From a virus, in IMG/VR virus record IMGVR_UViG_3300013102_000030, positions 1 to 64,000 of that record: a DNA stretch of 64,000 nucleotides. One strand, written 5' to 3'. This document shows, in pieces, positions 63,701 through 64,000 of this stretch. Each line of letters begins with the position of its first letter. Within the stretch, counting starts at the first letter, position 1. The notes beneath the pieces were generated by a model. That model searched no databases and was not told where the DNA came from. It saw nothing but the letters and a program-made list of their open reading frames with translations. A program made the translations under genes and the position numbers.

Positions 63701-64000
63701 CCTTGCTGTTACGGATGGCAAGATCACCAGCCTCAACGCTGGTAAGATCACTGCCGGATATCTTGATTCCAAGGTCATTGCTGCTGGTTCCATCAAAGCT
63801 GATAAGCTTGACGTTACTCTCGGTGGACTGAACCTTGTTGCCAACTCCTCCTTTGAAGTTGACAGCAACAACGATGGACTGGCAGATAACTGGAACACAT
63901 GGGCACGTGGAGCGGGAGACGCTAGCCGTACTTTCGCTAACACACGCCCTGCCGGTCTGTTCCCCGGATCAACCTACGCTCAACGTGTTACGTCCAACAA
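57759..64000 (+). CDS. giant tail fibre/adhesin, partial (>2000 aa, runs off window)
   Basis: ATG57759 MEVRRIGPETG; same frame open wherever read, to 64000; not in ORF track, consistent with no stop; Fn3-like start, W-rich modules, coiled coils, CBM-like domains. Confidence 0.85.
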   Translation, partial: MEVRRIGPETGLVRELKDLRKRIQTQETRPAGKQVIRETLTTVDPDTGVKTIFGELPDGSFGIQPFVYDITPPPVATTPIVSAKPGVISVSWDGLFANNGELPRDFECVNIIGHKMNGTTTVSSKPVGTIRRPLDFTYLQQDVIPVGETWQFSLEAEDYNGNLAQWSARSASVTMESVVSDAGVNAALEALQDATDTAQQAADTAQGAANTAQQAADDAAQAASDAAGIAASKSKVLIQSTAPAAADQNANVLWIDTTNGGNTPKRWSNNAWVVVTDKVATDAAAAAAAAQSKADTAFNNAASAAQAAGNAQTTADGKNSSYYLPSAPAGTGFKVGDQWFDTANNYRLKVWSGSAWVTAQDAFLAQQTADSKSLVYTQATVPPVSARLATTVWYDTSLGLDKVVQKYWDSASSSWKPLADKTATDAAAVADSKGETIYSDTEPAAAKRLPQNTWVDTTGGINIVKRWDGNAWVVAADSRIASTATAVTAAQKSADDAAASAAAKSVVYTQSVTPPVSARLPQTVWNDTSLGLNNVVVKYWDGNAWTAMADKVATDAAAVAAAKTKTYFQPNQPSNTGNTTGDLWFDTDDLNKPYVWNGSAWTLAQDATVNKSLFSTFATDIDNTKPNKWMFTRYNKTMPSNTTVPTYLDIAGLAGTSTLVDDGTNLVNTVGDNYVGQLRTIVYLSAGKTIAVTATHDDAAQILVDGTTVYSKGAYTQNSPISFTMSAGWHVLDLLWTEITGGDGWFAISPTFSSQVTNMYAPVALSSLSAAVTAAQSSADTAMAAQSYSLNASFDDWTATYPTGYNFWSGTAVKETSIVRRAPYALRFNVADATAQHGVSFSSILSHAPNLEYFTVEIDLYLVSGTLDGSGMILDWSGAGASNNRTQINFVSAITSPVTGKWYRVQQVLRRPANFTGTWTNMSGYLMGQWSGHGTGAAKNIIFDWFNIRPSSVEEILAFGAPADAQAKATAAQTAAISAAATDATSKANQAKADAIASAASDATVKSDNAKISAISVAATAAQAKADAAQAAAISAAATDATNKANTAQQAAIDASQVKIDQVWAAARSYINPATSTTGIVAKQGPIPSVVTSVSAMGGKALQKSGGVSGWWEDTNGKQAYDPTAVYRFSTRIRVTSPSVSTAGGGFYWGLVGLADDKTTYVNTSGANSYSSQQWVTQNAKPATTGDWVDYVVYYKGVSTGNPTGAGTVLDPRTVQANTKYFMPGMILDYANGTGTWEISHWSVDVIDQAGYQALVDAAKAKTDAIAAAAADATTKANAAQQAAITAAATDAANKASAAQQAAIDAAAADAAAKAAQAQQAAIDAAALDAQAKADAAEQAAIDAAAIEAQLKADGAEQAAIDAAATDAAAKAAAAQQAAIDAAALDATAKATQAKTDAITAAATDAQTRATQAKADAISAAALDATAKADAAQMAAIQAQAYQLNPSFEDWTGTIPASYTTFVTNPTKETTTVRTGKYAVRFNCTDTTTQRGLQFNAALAHAPYFEYLTVELDVRLDSGSSFGGAGVLVDWGGMTGGNRATISLATEIPAPVVGRWYRMVKVIRKPATATGTFTSYSAWLMGQYGTGMGTQAVKNVIFDWINVRPATTEEITAYGTPASIQSLSDVVSTKTKSWYQPGQPPLTGNTTGDLWFDTDDNNKVYIWNGTWAVASDQRIESLNTSVSSIQTTANGKNKVIYSTSAASGTTGYVAGDTWFQRDASNNIIGQWEFTTSWQVRKLDDAMVANLNAAKIIAGTLDAQRIGANSLSAGKLMVSDMEELIPNPFFHPNGEPVQAAAGTVVSTASSEVSAGAPYPYAIKISARDNHPFATPNIAVRPGDQFYMEAWVCAAPTTTRQFNFYIFGSSVPVGSLSAKFASGQAVTGTWVKKTYSFTVPLNATYTYIKPVLQVETIGGDTSDKWVWYVTGWSMRRKNTGELIVDGAIKAGSAIIDNLAVSNAQIADLAISTAKIQILAVKTAQIDDLAVTDGKITSLNAGKITAGYLDSKVIAAGSIKADKLDVTLGGLNLVANSSFEVDSNNDGLADNWNTWARGAGDASRTFANTRPAGLFPGSTYAQRVTSN
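60645..60925 (+). repeat. 19-aa (57-nt) coiled-coil repeat block 1
   Basis: AI.AAA.DA..KA..A..A about x5. Confidence 0.8.
61548..62072 (+). repeat. 19-aa (57-nt) coiled-coil repeat block 2
   Basis: AIDAAA.DA..KA.AAQQA x9. Confidence 0.85.

Noticed and set aside
20283-63943. Many long minus-strand ORFs (e.g. 20283..21350, 31461..32555, 42750..43550, 51853..52686)
   Set aside because: Antisense shadows of codon-biased + strand genes, with no SDs or motifs.
1-64000. tRNA or rRNA genes
   Set aside because: No cloverleaf or T-loop context seen in intergenic space by eye; tRNAscan not run.

Overview
64 kb of a large siphovirus-type phage, probably infecting an actinobacterium (inferred from GC-rich codons, SigA-type and leaderless promoters, and actinophage-style head/tail genes). 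(1) 1-13.4 kb: about 31 small genes in two convergent arrays (25 on +, 6 on -). Nearly every gene is its own transcription unit, bounded by a repeated element: stop codon / TTACAAAA(C/G)TTT box / covarying G-U-containing hairpin built over the -35 / -10 / leader / Shine-Dalgarno (SD) inside a mini stem-loop. This looks like an early or host-takeover module, possibly a terminal repeat. (2) 13.5-27.6 kb: accessory genes, including a holin/collagen membrane cassette, a macrodomain, an SH3b membrane protein, DUF3307, a PRPP-synthetase-like + NAMPT-like pair (NARP1-type NAD+ reconstitution; the NAMPT-like gene appears to start at AUU) and a double-HTH regulator. (3) 27.7-64 kb: virion genes - portal, a 2916-aa polyvalent protein (VIP2-like ADP-ribosyltransferase, a second ART-like domain, SF1 helicase), an 833-aa head-associated protein, prohead protease, scaffold-fused major capsid, tail genes, a 1918-aa tape measure, and a >2000-aa tail fibre running off the end. 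No terminase, endolysin, integrase, tRNA or CRISPR was recognised. All calls come from reading motifs by eye; no database searches were run.
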